A stretch of 64,000 nucleotides of DNA from the NCBI GenBank assembly GCA_951406725.2, contig OX597824.1, positions 90,210,001 to 90,274,000 of the forward strand. Direction: 5' to 3'. Of this stretch, positions 13,816 through 25,700 are shown piece after piece; the first letter of the stretch is position 1, and every line of letters begins with the position of its first letter. This DNA comes from Octopus vulgaris (Eukaryota). The position numbers and the translations under genes are program-made. Below the pieces are notes generated by a model, which searched no databases, was not told the origin of the DNA, and saw nothing but the letters and a program-made list of their open reading frames with translations.

Positions 13816-13901
13816 CAACGATAAGTTAATAATTATAGACACATGCAATTAAAGAATGACACGTGGTAGCACTATGTTCTTTTTGAAGAATTCATTTAAA
13901 G

Positions 13902-14245
13902 ACAAGAGCACTCAGAGAGCGCAAACCTCCGCCAAGGCAACACCAATGTCCCCTCAACGATTAGCCAAAAATGATTTTTTGAATAAGAATATCTGAAATA
14001 AACTCGAATGTTCTCATAAACGAGAATACTAAAAATGAACCCGACCGCTCTCAAAAATTAATTAAAAGAAAAAAGAAATATAATCCAGAATCCTTGCCCG
14101 GTACCGTATTGATCCCAAAATCGAATCAGTTCGTGCCAGTCATGAGACCAAATATCCCTGAAAGTTTCATCCGAATTCATCCAACAGTTCTTGAGATACC
14201 TTGTCCATGGACAAACAAACGTGACTGAAAACAATACCTCCATCA
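13902..14245. mobile_element. Non-autonomous repeat resembling Helentron-associated elements
   Basis: acaagagcactcagagagcgcaaacctccgccaaggc start; aagtttcatccgaat...acaaacaaacgtgactgaaaacaatacctcc end; recognised from memory only. Confidence 0.45.
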
Positions 14246-14615
14246 TCGCTACATTCATGACTTTTCTAACAATTTATAGTTTTACGTCATAAAAACATTT
14301 AAAATTATACTTTTTAAAAGTAATTTTTTGTTTTTGTATCAAGTGTGCCGCAATATTTTCATCTGCTCCTAAATGTGCCGCTGGTAAAAATGGTCGACAA
14401 TTACTGCATTGAATTATGTACTTCTAGATACATGTCTGAGTGAAAAGATGTGTGAATGATGACCAGAATACCTTTAGGACCGAGTCTGTTTACGATCCCA
14501 AAGCCGCCCTGAAGTTAAACAACAAGAATGACTTCCTCTAGTCGAACTTGTATTCTGTTATTCTGTCGTCTCAGTTATTCAGGGGCACCTCCTTAAAGGT
14601 TTAGTCAATTAAATA

Positions 14616-15181
14616 TTGGGTTGTCCGGAAAGTTCGAGCCGATTTATAGCAGCTTACCTTTGGACTTATTTTAGAACATGGTTGAGTCCACAAAATAGGA
14701 TTTGACTACACCTCCATTTAGAGCACAGTTTAAGCTATCTTTTCGTGGAAGAAGGTTTATGTTCCTATAACCTGTGTTAATTTTGTGACCCTTTAAAATA
14801 GAAGATAAGAAAGTTCATTTTCGGCACTTGATGCTTTGGGAACCAGACAAAAATTGCTGCAGCTCGGCTGGGATGTGTTACCCCACCCTCCATATTCGTC
14901 AGATATTGCTCCTTCGGATTTCCACTTATTCAGGTCTCTGCAGAATAGTCTTCATGGTAAAAATTTCAATTCCTTGGATGACATAAAAAGATACCTTGAT
15001 GAATTCTTTGCCATGAAACCACCTGAATTCTGGGAAGAGGGTATTTTCAAGTTAAAGGAAAGATGGAGACGCATTGTGCAACAAAATGGTTCATATTTGG
15101 TTGATTAAAAATGTAATGGCAAGTATTTATTGACCTTTTTCTTTCCTTTAAAAATCGGCAACAACTTTCCGGACAACCCAA
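14616..15181 (+). mobile_element. Internally deleted mariner transposon
   Basis: TA-flanked TIRs ttgggttgtccggaaagtt / aactttccggacaacccaa; transposase C-terminus WDVLPHPPYSSDIAPSDFHLF...ERWRRIVQQNG (14836-15108) fused to a short N-terminal remnant. Confidence 0.9.
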
Positions 15182-15196
15182 TATATTACTAGCCTT

Positions 15197-15420
15197 TGCG
15201 GTTAGGGTGTGTGTTGTGCTCACAGTTGCGAGATCGTGGTTTCGATTCCGGAACTGGACGGTGTTTTGTGTTCTTGAAGAAAACGCTTCATTTCACATTG
15301 CCCCAGTCCACTCGGCTGTAAATCGGTCACCCTGCGACGGACTGGCGTCTTGTTCATTGAAAAAAAATTGTGATTTCGGTTACTTATACGCCATGGAAAC
15401 CGGATAACTGGCCCCGGGGC
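15197..15420 (+). mobile_element. Old tRNA-derived SINE
   Basis: ggtttcgattcc B-box and ccctgcgacggactggcgtc core shared with family D; related head at ~33985. Confidence 0.55.
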
Positions 15421-16269
15421 CCAAGACAGTGATATTTGCCAAGGAGAATCTGCTTCAATATATCCCATTAAACAGAAATGTGTCCTCTCCCATTTTGTTG
15501 GTTTTAAATTTTAACAAAATTTCAATTAATTGATCTTATTGGAATTATCTCCCTTCTTTGATGTTTCTTAGAGGGAGTTTTCGTCTGCTAAGTGTATAGA
15601 TAATCGAATTTAATCGATTTTTTTCAACTGACTCTATTACATATGTGAGACGCTACTGTATTTAGTTGGCAGGTCGCTACCCTCCCGTATTTTTTTCTCA
15701 ATTTTGTTATTTTGTGTAATATTTTTATCAGAGTCTCAGAACTATGGTAATTGGCAGCGAAGAATTGTAAGGGAGAGAAGGAGTGAGAGAGAGAGAGAGA
15801 GTGAGTTTATTAATGTCGCCACCATGATGGGGGAGGAAAAGTGAAGAGAAGAGGGGGAAAACAAAAAGGGGGTGGGCGTCTATGAAAGTGAGTTAGCGAT
15901 CAAAGAATATCTATTATTGGTGGAATTATGGTATCGATGGCGGCGAGAGGCAGAAAGAGAGAGAGAGGGAGAGAGAAAAAAAAGAAAGAAAGGTAGGGGA
16001 TAAGGGAGAGTGGTACGAAAGTGTAGTCGAGGTGGGAGAAGACGAAGGGGAGGCTTCTGTTATTGATACGGGGGCAAGTGTTAGTGAGGTGGTGGTGGGG
16101 GTTAAACCAGAGAAAGATTGAAACAGATAGGCGGGAGCGGGGGGAGGGAACCGAGTGAGAGGGTGTCTGTTCACTGATGAAATTCGAGTCTTAGAATATA
16201 GCAGAGTTTCCATTGATTAGTTTTCCATCAGCATCACTTGTTCCTTCTTTCCAATACGGAATGTTTTTT

Positions 16270-17205
16270 GCCTGCTAGATAGGCACCAATATCTGTGGAT
16301 ATTGATCAGATAGACACAGTTTATTGATCTCTGTCGGATAAGCACAGCCTATAAAAGATATCAACTGGATAGACACAGATTGTATATATATAATATATAT
16401 AATATATAATATATAATATACATATACATATATATTGTTCCTCTTCAACCGTTAGATAGTGGCTGGTGGATGGTGACTGGTTGCGTGATGGACATGAATT
16501 ATAAATCTCAGTTGGATGCACATGGCTTGTTTTATACAGCTAGATAGACACACGGTGGATAAATGTTGTTTAGCTGGATAGATATCGTGTATATGATATG
16601 TAGATAGGCATGGAGGGCAGATGTGGATGGGCAAATAGTGTGTAGTTATTGATTGGCTAAACAAACAGACACGGTGTGTAGACATCGGTGAGACGAATTG
16701 GATATCGTATATATGATCTGTAGTTAGGCGGGAAGGGTATATATGGATGGGCAAATAGATGTGGTGAGTAGATATTAACTGGCCAAACAGACACGGTTTG
16801 TAGATGTTGACTCAGCAAATAAACGGAGTATGTGAATATTAACTGGGCAAATAAATGCAGTGTATGGATATTTATTAGACAAATAGTCGCAGTTTGTTTA
16901 TATTGGCTGGGTAAATAGACTCCATGTACGGATGTTAGCTGAGCAAATAAACACAATATATGGATATATGAATATTAGATGGGCAAATAGACTTGGTATA
17001 TAGATACTGACTGGGCAAACAGATATGGTGTGTAGAAATTCACTGGACAAATCGATGAAGTGTGTAGATATTTGTGAGACAAATAGGTGCAGTGTTTATA
17101 TTGGCTGAGCAAATAAACACAGTGTATGGAAATTAGCTGCACAAATACACATGGTATGTAGTTGTTGAGTGAGCTAACAGACATGAGTGTCCATATTGGT
17201 TGGCA
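16270..17205. repeat. Degenerate ~32-bp minisatellite
   Basis: Recurrent gatattaactgggcaaatagacacggtgtgta-like units. Confidence 0.7.
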
Positions 17206-18042
17206 AACATATTTTTTTGTTTTTTGTCCATAAAAATAAAATTAGAGTGACTTAAAAGAACTGTAAAAGTAGTATAATGTATAGGTTTTTGAAATATGCC
17301 CTTTGGGGTCAGATGTGTGAACGGAAAATATTGCCGAGATAAAATAGTGAAAATCTATCTGTGTCACGAAATCTATGAAAAATCCGTTTTGGCGCCTAAA
17401 CTCTTTGCAGAGCGTTGAGAGCGGCCGACTCAATCATAAGTCTCTCTTCTTGCCAGGCAAAATGTCGAAGGCAGTTCAGCGACAGGTTCCTCTACTCTTA
17501 TCTCTCTAATGATTCCAGATATTTGTGCACACGGCCTAAGCCAGACAACCAAGGACATTTGTCGCTACGAAGAGAACGCAGTGATTTCGTATGTGTTAAA
17601 CCGACATATTGTTGTAAAGATAACTTTCTGCAATCTCAGAACAGTGTTTCTCTCCCAGTCTGTAATTATTAATATCGTTAACTGTAAATCTCCATCGACA
17701 ACCATCTTTATGTGCAACAATAAATATTTCAGTGAAATGTCTCAACAAAAGAATTAAATGTTCGCAGGTTTTGCATCAATTATTCATGCAACCAACGAAG
17801 TATGTCTTCGTTCATCACATCGACAACATCAGGCAACCACACATACTGATCCATGGTGACAGGCTCTTTACGTTCTGAGTTCAAATACCACTGAGCTTGA
17901 TTTGGCCTTTCCTCTTTTAGGAGTCGATGAAATAAGTCCCAGCTGAACATTAGAGTCGATGTAATCGACCTCTCCCCTCTTTTCAAAAAATTGCTGGTCG
18001 TGTGCCAGACACAGAAAGAATTACTACATTAGAAGATGAATT

Positions 18043-18453
18043 GGATCTTTTCGGTTTGACCGGCAGTTTTTTCTAGCGGTGTCATATGAAATTGTCACCC
18101 ATAATTATGACCCTAGTATCGATCTATTGCATTTCAATCTGTTTTAGGGTTAGGGGTGGGGGAAGGGTATCTTTTTTTCTTCACAAATGTAAATAAACCC
18201 AATCTGTTTCTTAAATGAGGGACATATTCATACGGCACAGAATGTTTTTTTAAACAATGGACGTATTTGATTGGTCGAAATCGCAGAAATTGAAGAAAAA
18301 AACAACAACAAATATCTTACAAACTATAGAATTTTCTCAATAAAGCCAAGAGAAAAAGATGTTTTATAAACACATACTACCAGTATACGAAGTTTAAAAT
18401 TTTTTAGTTACCTAGAAATTATGTTAAAAACTGCCGTTCAAACCGAAAAACCC
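18043..18453. mobile_element. MITE with GG...CC ends and 8-bp TSD (Merlin-like)
   Basis: TIR ttttcggtttgaccggcagttttt / aaaaactgccgttcaaaccgaaaa; TSD gatgaatt at 18035-18042 and 18454-18461. Confidence 0.75.
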
Positions 18454-18864
18454 GATGAATTAAACTAAATGTAATGAATGCATGCATCATAGCGCGGCGT
18501 CGAGCTTCTGGAGAGACACGCGTGGAGCTTGGATTCTGTTCATGAATGTAACCACTGGCCACACTTCATTCTCACGCATGTGTTCAGCTACAACAAAAAG
18601 TGTGGCGATGGTTGGGTTAAGAGCACGTTAGCAAATACTTTATAAAATATCTGTTGGGAGAGGAATTTATAGAAAAGGAAGGATTCTTTTGTTGAGACTT
18701 TTATCACATTTAGTATTGAGGTTTCTCTGTAATTAACTTGATATTTCAATGTTCTGAGTTCAAATTCTGTCTGGCTTTTGTGTGTTTTCCGTCCGTCCAA
18801 AATAAGTAGAACGGTTGATGATATTTTAAGGTCGATTTGATTGCTTATATTAAACAAAACTTGT

Positions 18865-19167
18865 CGTTGCCAGTGCCGCTGCACTGGCTCCTGTGCAGGT
18901 GGCACGTAAAAAAACACCATTTGAGCGTGGCCGTTGCCAGTACCGCCTGACTGGCCCTCGTGCTGGTGGCACGTTAAAGCACCTACTACACTCTCGGAGT
19001 GGTTGGCGTTAGGAAGGGCATCCAGCTGTAGAAACCTTGCCAGATCAAGATTGGAGCCTGGTGCAGCCATCTGGTTCGCCAGTCCTCAGTCAAAATCGTC
19101 CAACCCATGCTAGCATGGAAATCGGACGTTAAACGGTGATTATGATCATGGTGATGATGATGATGAT
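18865..19167 (+). mobile_element. SINE family C (RTE-like 3' end, (GAT)n tail)
   Basis: gttggcgttaggaagggcatccagctgtagaaac...ccaacccatgctagcatggaaa...gacgttaaac + (GAT)n; repeated many times in the window. Confidence 0.8.
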
Positions 19168-19977
19168 ACTCTTCACTAAAACCAAAAAGGGGGTGGATTT
19201 GGAAAGGGACAATGTGTCTATTCGAAAGAAATCATTTTATATCTAACGAAGGACAAACTTCCGCATCAACTTCTAAAACACAAAGTCTAACTAAATCACT
19301 GAATCTCATTTCTCTCACTGATACAAGAGAGCCTTAATGTGGTCGTTGAATCAGCTAGATACAGCAGCCAAACCTCACTGTCGTCCTAGGTTTACAGAAA
19401 CTGAGGCAATCGGGGCTAGAACACCTTTGGTCATAAGTCTGTTCCAACAGGAGTGACGTTTGGCTGAATAACATCTCTACCAGTTCTATGCTAACATGGG
19501 TGATCTCCCTTGCCAACACACCCCGTTCATCACTGATATTCCGTTTTTTTTTTCCTTGTCAGTTCTCCTTGAGCAAATCTGTTACCAAAGGGGCTTTAAT
19601 CGCGGCTGTCCTAACTTATCCGAAGCCATTTTAGTGGAGTTTAGCCGATATTGCTAATATGTTGAGCGATCATGTAGTAACACTCTCGTTAGCTTTTATG
19701 GTGCAGCTATGTGCAGTGTATGCATGGTTGTGTGTGTGTACATGCATTTGTGTTTGTGTGACTCTGTGCGGACGGACAGCCGTATGGTATCTGTACGTGT
19801 GTAGTGACTCAGATGAATCGATTGATTACGGCGGGACATCCATCAAACAAAGAAAAAAAATCGATGCAAGCGATGTTTATATCTGGTGTCTGTGGCCAAT
19901 GCACTAAATTCTCAAACTGCACAGTTCACCTTGCAGCAAATATGTATCGCAGAATAGCAACAATTCACCCATACGGA

Positions 19978-20269
19978 ATTCCTTGGACGACATAGAAAGA
20001 TACCTTGATGAATTCTTTGCCATGAAACCACCTCAATTCTGGGAAGAGGGTATTTTCAAGTTAAAGGAAAGATGGAGATGCATTATGCAACAAAATGGTT
20101 CATAGGCGTAGGAGTGGCTGTGTGGTAAGTAGCTTGTCTACCAGTCGCATGGTTCCGGGTTCAGTCCCACTGCGTGGCACCTTGGGTATGTGTCTTCTAC
20201 TATAGCCTCGGGCCGACCAAAGCCTTGTGAGTGGATTTGGTAGACGGAAACTGAAAGAAGCCCGTCGTA

Positions 20270-20321
<52 letters not shown>

Positions 20322-20386
20322 TGAGGGTAAAATTAATTAATCAATTTCACCAAGTGTTCAGTATGTAAAAGGACCATGTAAAAGGA

Positions 20387-20425
<39 letters not shown>

Positions 20426-20980
20426 TATGTGTGTTTGTGTATCTGTGTTTGTCCCCTAGCATTGCTTGACAACCGATGCTGGTGTGTTAATGTCCCCGTT
20501 ACTTAGCGGTTCGGCAAAAGAGACCGATAGAATAAGTACTGTGCTTACAAAAGAATAAGTCCCGGGGTCGAGTTGCTCGATTAAAGGTTGTGCTCCAGCA
20601 TGGCCGCAGTCAAATGACTGAAACAAGTAAAAGAGTAAAAGAGTAAAAGAGTAAACCACCTCAGTTCTGCGAAGAGGGTGAGTTCAAATTCCGTCGAGGT
20701 CGACTTTGCCTTTCATCCTTTCGGGGTCGATAAATTAAGTACCAGTTACGCACTGGGGTCGATGTAATCGACTTAATACCTATGTCTGTCCTTGTTTGTC
20801 CCCTCTATGTTTAGCCCCTTGTGGGTAATAAAGAAATAGGTATTTTCAAGTTAAAGGAAAGATGGAGACGCATTATGCAACAAAATGGTTCATATTTGGT
20901 TGATTAAAAATGTAATGACAAGTATTTATTGACCTTTTTCTTTCGTTTAAAAATCAGCACGAACTTTCCGGACAACCCAA
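19978..20980 (+). mobile_element. 3' fragment of the same mariner, interrupted by SINE A (20105-20652) and SINE B (20680-20840)
   Basis: Near identity to ~14970-15181 including right TIR followed by TA. Confidence 0.85.
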
Positions 20981-21247
20981 TACTTTGAAGAACATTTAGC
21001 TGTTATTTCTAGCATGTTGAGTGAGGCCTAGTAGAAAAACCGCAAAGGTTTTAGTTGTAGCCCTGTTGCGGGTGTTCTTTACCCTGTGGTCAGACCTGAC
21101 CAAACAAACTTATGGACAAAGACATTCCAGCCGTGACATTTACATCTATTTCCTTATTGTTTCTCTCCCTCTTTTCGTTTATTTCAGACATAATATATCC
21201 AAGAGTATGGTATTAAACGTCCTTCCTCTTTTTTAAACGGTTATATA

Positions 21248-21391
21248 GGCGTAAGAGTGGCTGTGTGGTTCTGGGTTCAGTCCCACTGCGTGGCACCTTG
21301 GGCAAGTGTCTTCTACTATAGCCTCGGGCCCACCAAAGCCTTGTGAGTCGATTTGGTTGACGGAAACTGAAAGAAGCCCGTCGTATATATG

Positions 21392-21441
<50 letters not shown>

Positions 21442-21630
21442 TGTTTGTCCCCCCAACATCGCTTGACAACTGATGCTGGTGTGTTTACGTCCCCGTAACT
21501 TAGCTGTTCAGCAAAAGAGACCGATAGAATAAGTACTAGGCTTACAAAGAATAAGTCCTGGGGTCGATTTGCTCGACTAAAGGCGGTGCTCCAGCATGGC
21601 CATAGCCAAATCACTGAAACAAGTAAAAAA
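21248..21630 (+). mobile_element. SINE family A
   Basis: Consensus match. Confidence 0.85.
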
Positions 21631-21865
21631 AAGAGGTTACTTACAATATGAGAGAGATTTAAGCCACTACTTCAAGTAAGGTCGGGCGATCAGGTCAGAG
21701 GCGCCCTTGTCGTTGTAGCAGAGTTCCCTATGGTACAAGAAATCGGTCAGGTCTCCAATCTGGTACTACTCGGTGCTTTGGTATGTTACCTCCTACGGCG
21801 CAACAGCTTATAGGTCGTTGTCATGGAAACCCCTGCAAAAAGGCGTGTCCGAAACCTATCCTGCT

Positions 21866-22063
21866 ACTCTTTTACTTGCTTCAGTCATTTGACTGCGGCC
21901 ATGCTGGAGCACCGCCTTTAGTCGAGCAAATCGACCCCAGGATTTATTCTTTGGAAGACTAGTTCTTATTCAATGGGTATCTTTTTCCGAACCGCTAAGT
22001 TACGGGGACGTAAACACACCAGCATCGGTTGTCAAGCGATGTTGGGGGACAATCACAGACACA

Positions 22064-22103
<40 letters not shown>

Positions 22104-22260
22104 CGACGGGCTTCTTTCAGTTTCCGTCTACCAAATCCACTCACAAGGCTTTGGTCGACCCGAGGCTATAGTAGAAGACACTTGCCCAAGGTGCCTCACA
22201 GTGGGAATGAACCCGGAACCATGCGGTTGGTAAACAAGCTACTTACCCCGCAGCCATTCC
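21866..22260 (-). mobile_element. SINE family A
   Basis: Consensus match; inverted relative to the 21248 copy. Confidence 0.85.
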
Positions 22261-22949
22261 TTCTCTGAATAAATCTTTAATAAAAGTTTTGAAACAACGC
22301 GTTCTGGCCTGTGTGAGAACGTAGTTAAAGGGAGAAAACTCTTCAGTTCGTCTCTTCCCCCTCTTTCCATGTAAAGGGGATGGTTTCTTTCCCTCTTTTT
22401 ATAAATAATTTTTTTTTTTCAGTTATTGGACTGCGGTCATGCTGGGACACAAACTTAAAGGGTTTGCTCCAACTAATCGAACCCAGTTCTTATATTTATA
22501 AGCCTGGCATTAATTCTGTCAGTCTGTTTTGCCGAACCTCTAAGTCACGGAGACGTAAACATCGATTGTCAAGTGCTGTGAGCGAAGCTACACACACACA
22601 CACAATATATATATATACAGGCTTCGACACAGTTTTCTCCAATCGAATCCTCTCATAAGGCATTGATCAGCCGGGGGCTATAGTAGATGCCATGCTGTGA
22701 GACTGAACCTGAAACCACGCGTTTGCTAAGCAATCTTCCTCTTCATTTGACGTTTATAATTAATAAGATTAATAGATTTAGTTTTCTCTGAAAGTTTTCC
22801 CTTGAAATGAAATTTGATTTTCGCATTTTAAAGTTTTAATTCTACCATTTCCAAACTGCTTTTCTAATTTGACCCTTTAGCATTTAAACTGACCATGTCC
22901 AACTCAGATATTCTATTTATTTTATGTTCAAATTGACCAGATGTGACCT

Positions 22950-23010
22950 TAACCCTAACCCTAACCCTAACCCTAACCCTAACCCTAACCCTAACCCTAA
23001 CCCTAACCTA
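22950..23010 (-). repeat. Interstitial telomeric-type (TTAGGG)n, ~10 units
   Basis: (ccctaa)n directly visible. Confidence 0.9.
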
Positions 23011-23177
23011 CCCTACAATGTCGTTTTAAGAATAAACAATTGCATCATCAAAATCTAAAAGCTACAAGATAATGCAGAATTGATTCCAGACAATGTGAAT
23101 AATTAGGCACCACATTTGGCAAAGTAATATAAACACTAAAGAATTAAGGTTTTTCTTTTTTTAATTTTCCAAACAAG

Positions 23178-23357
23178 GTGCAGGGGTGGCTGTGTGGTAA
23201 GTAGCTTGCTTACTAGCCACATGGTTTCAGGTTCAGTCCTATTGCATGACATCTTGGGCAAGTGTCTTCTACTATAGCCTCGGGCCAACCAAAGTCTTGT
23301 GAGTGGTTTTGGTAGACAAAAACTGAAAGAAACCCGTCATATATACATAAACACACT

Positions 23358-23392
<35 letters not shown>

Positions 23393-23608
23393 GTATGTAT
23401 GTGTGTCTGTGTCTGTGTTTGTCCCCCCACCATCCCTTGACATCCGATGTTGATGTGTTCACATCCCTGTAACTTAGCAGTTCGGCAAAAGAGACAAATA
23501 GAATAAGTACTGTGCTTACAAAGAATAAGTCCTGGGCTCGATTTGCTTGACTAAAGGCGGTGCTCCAGCATGGCCGCAGTCAAAATGACTGAAACAAATA
23601 AAAGAATA
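23178..23608 (+). mobile_element. SINE family A
   Basis: Consensus match. Confidence 0.85.
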
Positions 23609-23631
23609 ATCCCTCAAGATATTCGTTTGTA

Positions 23632-24166
23632 TGGGGTGTTCAAAAAGTCCCTCTGCAGTGAATTGTTTTCATCCCGACTCACCAAGATGCATTTCAAAAC
23701 ATGTGTAGAAGAGTCAACTTATGTATTGAAAATGAAGGACGACTCATTCATCACCACATCTTTATATATAAAACTGAAGTTGTGTGTGTGAGAGTCTGTC
23801 TCCTCCGATTTAGATTCCTAACTACTCCCACATTTTGCGGTGCAGTTTAACCAAAAGCGGGTATCTTATAGTCGTGATTCATATCGAGCCCTTCTGGGTA
23901 TTAGCGTGCATCTACGATGATAGAAAAATTTACCATCATTTTTTCGCATTTTTACCGCATTTTTTACTCGGTTTATATAAGGGAAGTAACTCTCTAAAAA
24001 TGCTTATATAGTTATTTCCCTTATAAACCCGAGCAACGCCAGGCGATACTGCTAGTATATCTATAATTTTTTTTTAAAGTCTGATATATTCTTTTGTAGT
24101 CTTATACCATCTTAGAAATATTTTACAATAAAACTCTTACTGCAGAGAGACTTTTTGAACACCCTG
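23632..24166. mobile_element. Tc1/mariner-type MITE containing a Helitron insertion
   Basis: TA-flanked TIRs ggggtgttcaaaaagtccctctgcagt / actgcagagagactttttgaacaccctg. Confidence 0.8.
23759..24055 (+). mobile_element. Non-autonomous Helitron
   Basis: A|TC...CTAG|T termini; imperfect subterminal GC hairpin cccgagcaacgccaggc; tctttatatataa start. Confidence 0.75.
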
Positions 24167-24448
24167 TATTTTGATGGCGTAGCTTCAACTTTTTTGTGCT
24201 TACCTAGCAATGTGGTTGTTCATGTAAGCATCAGAAGATTTAGAGTTTTCCTACACTGTTTTTTATGTCCCTTCACTGAGAGTCTTTCAGGCAATTTACA
24301 GCTGTTTTCATTTATTATTTAAAGACCCAGTTTGAAAGGTTTTATGTTTGTCCTGAACAGCCTGTTTTTCCAGTTATGGTTCTGTACTTGATGCAGTTCG
24401 TGCCAATTCCCTCGTAGAGTGTTTAAAAGATTTTCACATTCATCTCTT

Positions 24449-24695
24449 TCATCATCATCATCGTTTAACGTCCGCTTTCCATGCTAGCATGGGTTGGACG
24501 GTTCAACTGGGGTCTGGGAAGCCCGAAGGCTGCACCAGGCCAGTCAGATCTGGCAGTGTTTCTACAGCTGGATGCCCTTCCTAACGCCAACCACTCTGTG
24601 AGTGTAGTGGGTGCTTTTTATGTGCCACCGACACAGGTGCCAGACGAGGCTGGCGAACGGCCATGCTCGGATGGTGTTTTTTTTTATGTGCCATT
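24449..24695 (-). mobile_element. SINE family C
   Basis: (CAT)n + gtttaacgtccgctttccatgctagcatgggttgg. Confidence 0.8.
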
Positions 24696-25460
24696 GTTGA
24701 TTAAGGGAAAATTGTCTATTTGATTTTTCTGATGATCTTGTCCCAAGCAAGGCAAGAGGTCACCGTAGCATAAAGAGCTTCCCTGAAATAAAAGAAGGGT
24801 TCATACAAATTCCAAAGACGTCGGTTGGCAGAAAGCTTACAAGAGTGAACATCATAGACAAGAGAAAAGCAAGACAATTGAAACTATTTCTAGAGATTTG
24901 GTCAGTTTTTATGTTTTGAGTTCAGACTCTGATGAGGTCAGCTTTGCCTTTCACCCTTTTGAGGTCGATAAAATAAGTACCAGTTGCGTACTTGGGTCAA
25001 TTTAAGTGACTTACCGCCTTCACCGAAATTACTAGCCTCATGCCCAAATGCATATTTTATTGATGAAAAAACCTAATAAACGAATCATACATATTCTCTC
25101 TCTCTCTTTCTCTCTCTCTGTCTCTCTCTCTGTCTTTCTCTCTCCCTCTCTCTCTCTCGCTCTCTCTCTCTCCCTTGAGTGCATCAAATCAATTTTTTTC
25201 ATGCATGTGAAATATTTTTATGTTTGCAATATATATCCATCATAATGTGTATTTGATAAATATATTATGTATGTATGTATGTATGTATGTATGTATGTAT
25301 GTATGTGTGTGTGTATGTATGTATGTATGTATGTACGTGTGTATGTATGTATGTATGTATGTATGTATGTATGTACGTGTGTGTATGTATGTATATATGT
25401 GTGTGTATGTATGTATGTATGAATGTATGTATGTATGTAAAGAATGTATCTGTCGGGTAT

Positions 25461-25490
25461 AACTAATTCCTGTTTACTTCTCTTTCACAG
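25461..25490 (+). promoter_or_regulatory. Splice acceptor of a 5'-UTR intron upstream of the ASL-like ORF
   Basis: Branch-like ctaat, polypyrimidine tract ttcctgtttacttctcttt, cacag|G. Confidence 0.6.
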
Positions 25491-25700
25491 GTTGCCTGAC
25501 CAACTGGAAGAAATTTGGCCGTCTTCATCCTGTTATTGTAATAGTTCCATTTATTCCATTTTGTTTTATTTTTCCCATTTTATATTGTTTTTTTAATGAC
25601 CATTGTTCTGTCTTCCAACTCATCGTCTTGGAAACGAGCCATCACATCTCACTGATCTCCCTCCGTATTGCGCTCTTTGATCAATTCTACAAAACCCATC

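Noticed and set aside
25668-25700. ORF-track start for the ASL-like gene
   Set aside because: TTG start from a prokaryotic-style caller; the first in-frame ATG is at 25701.
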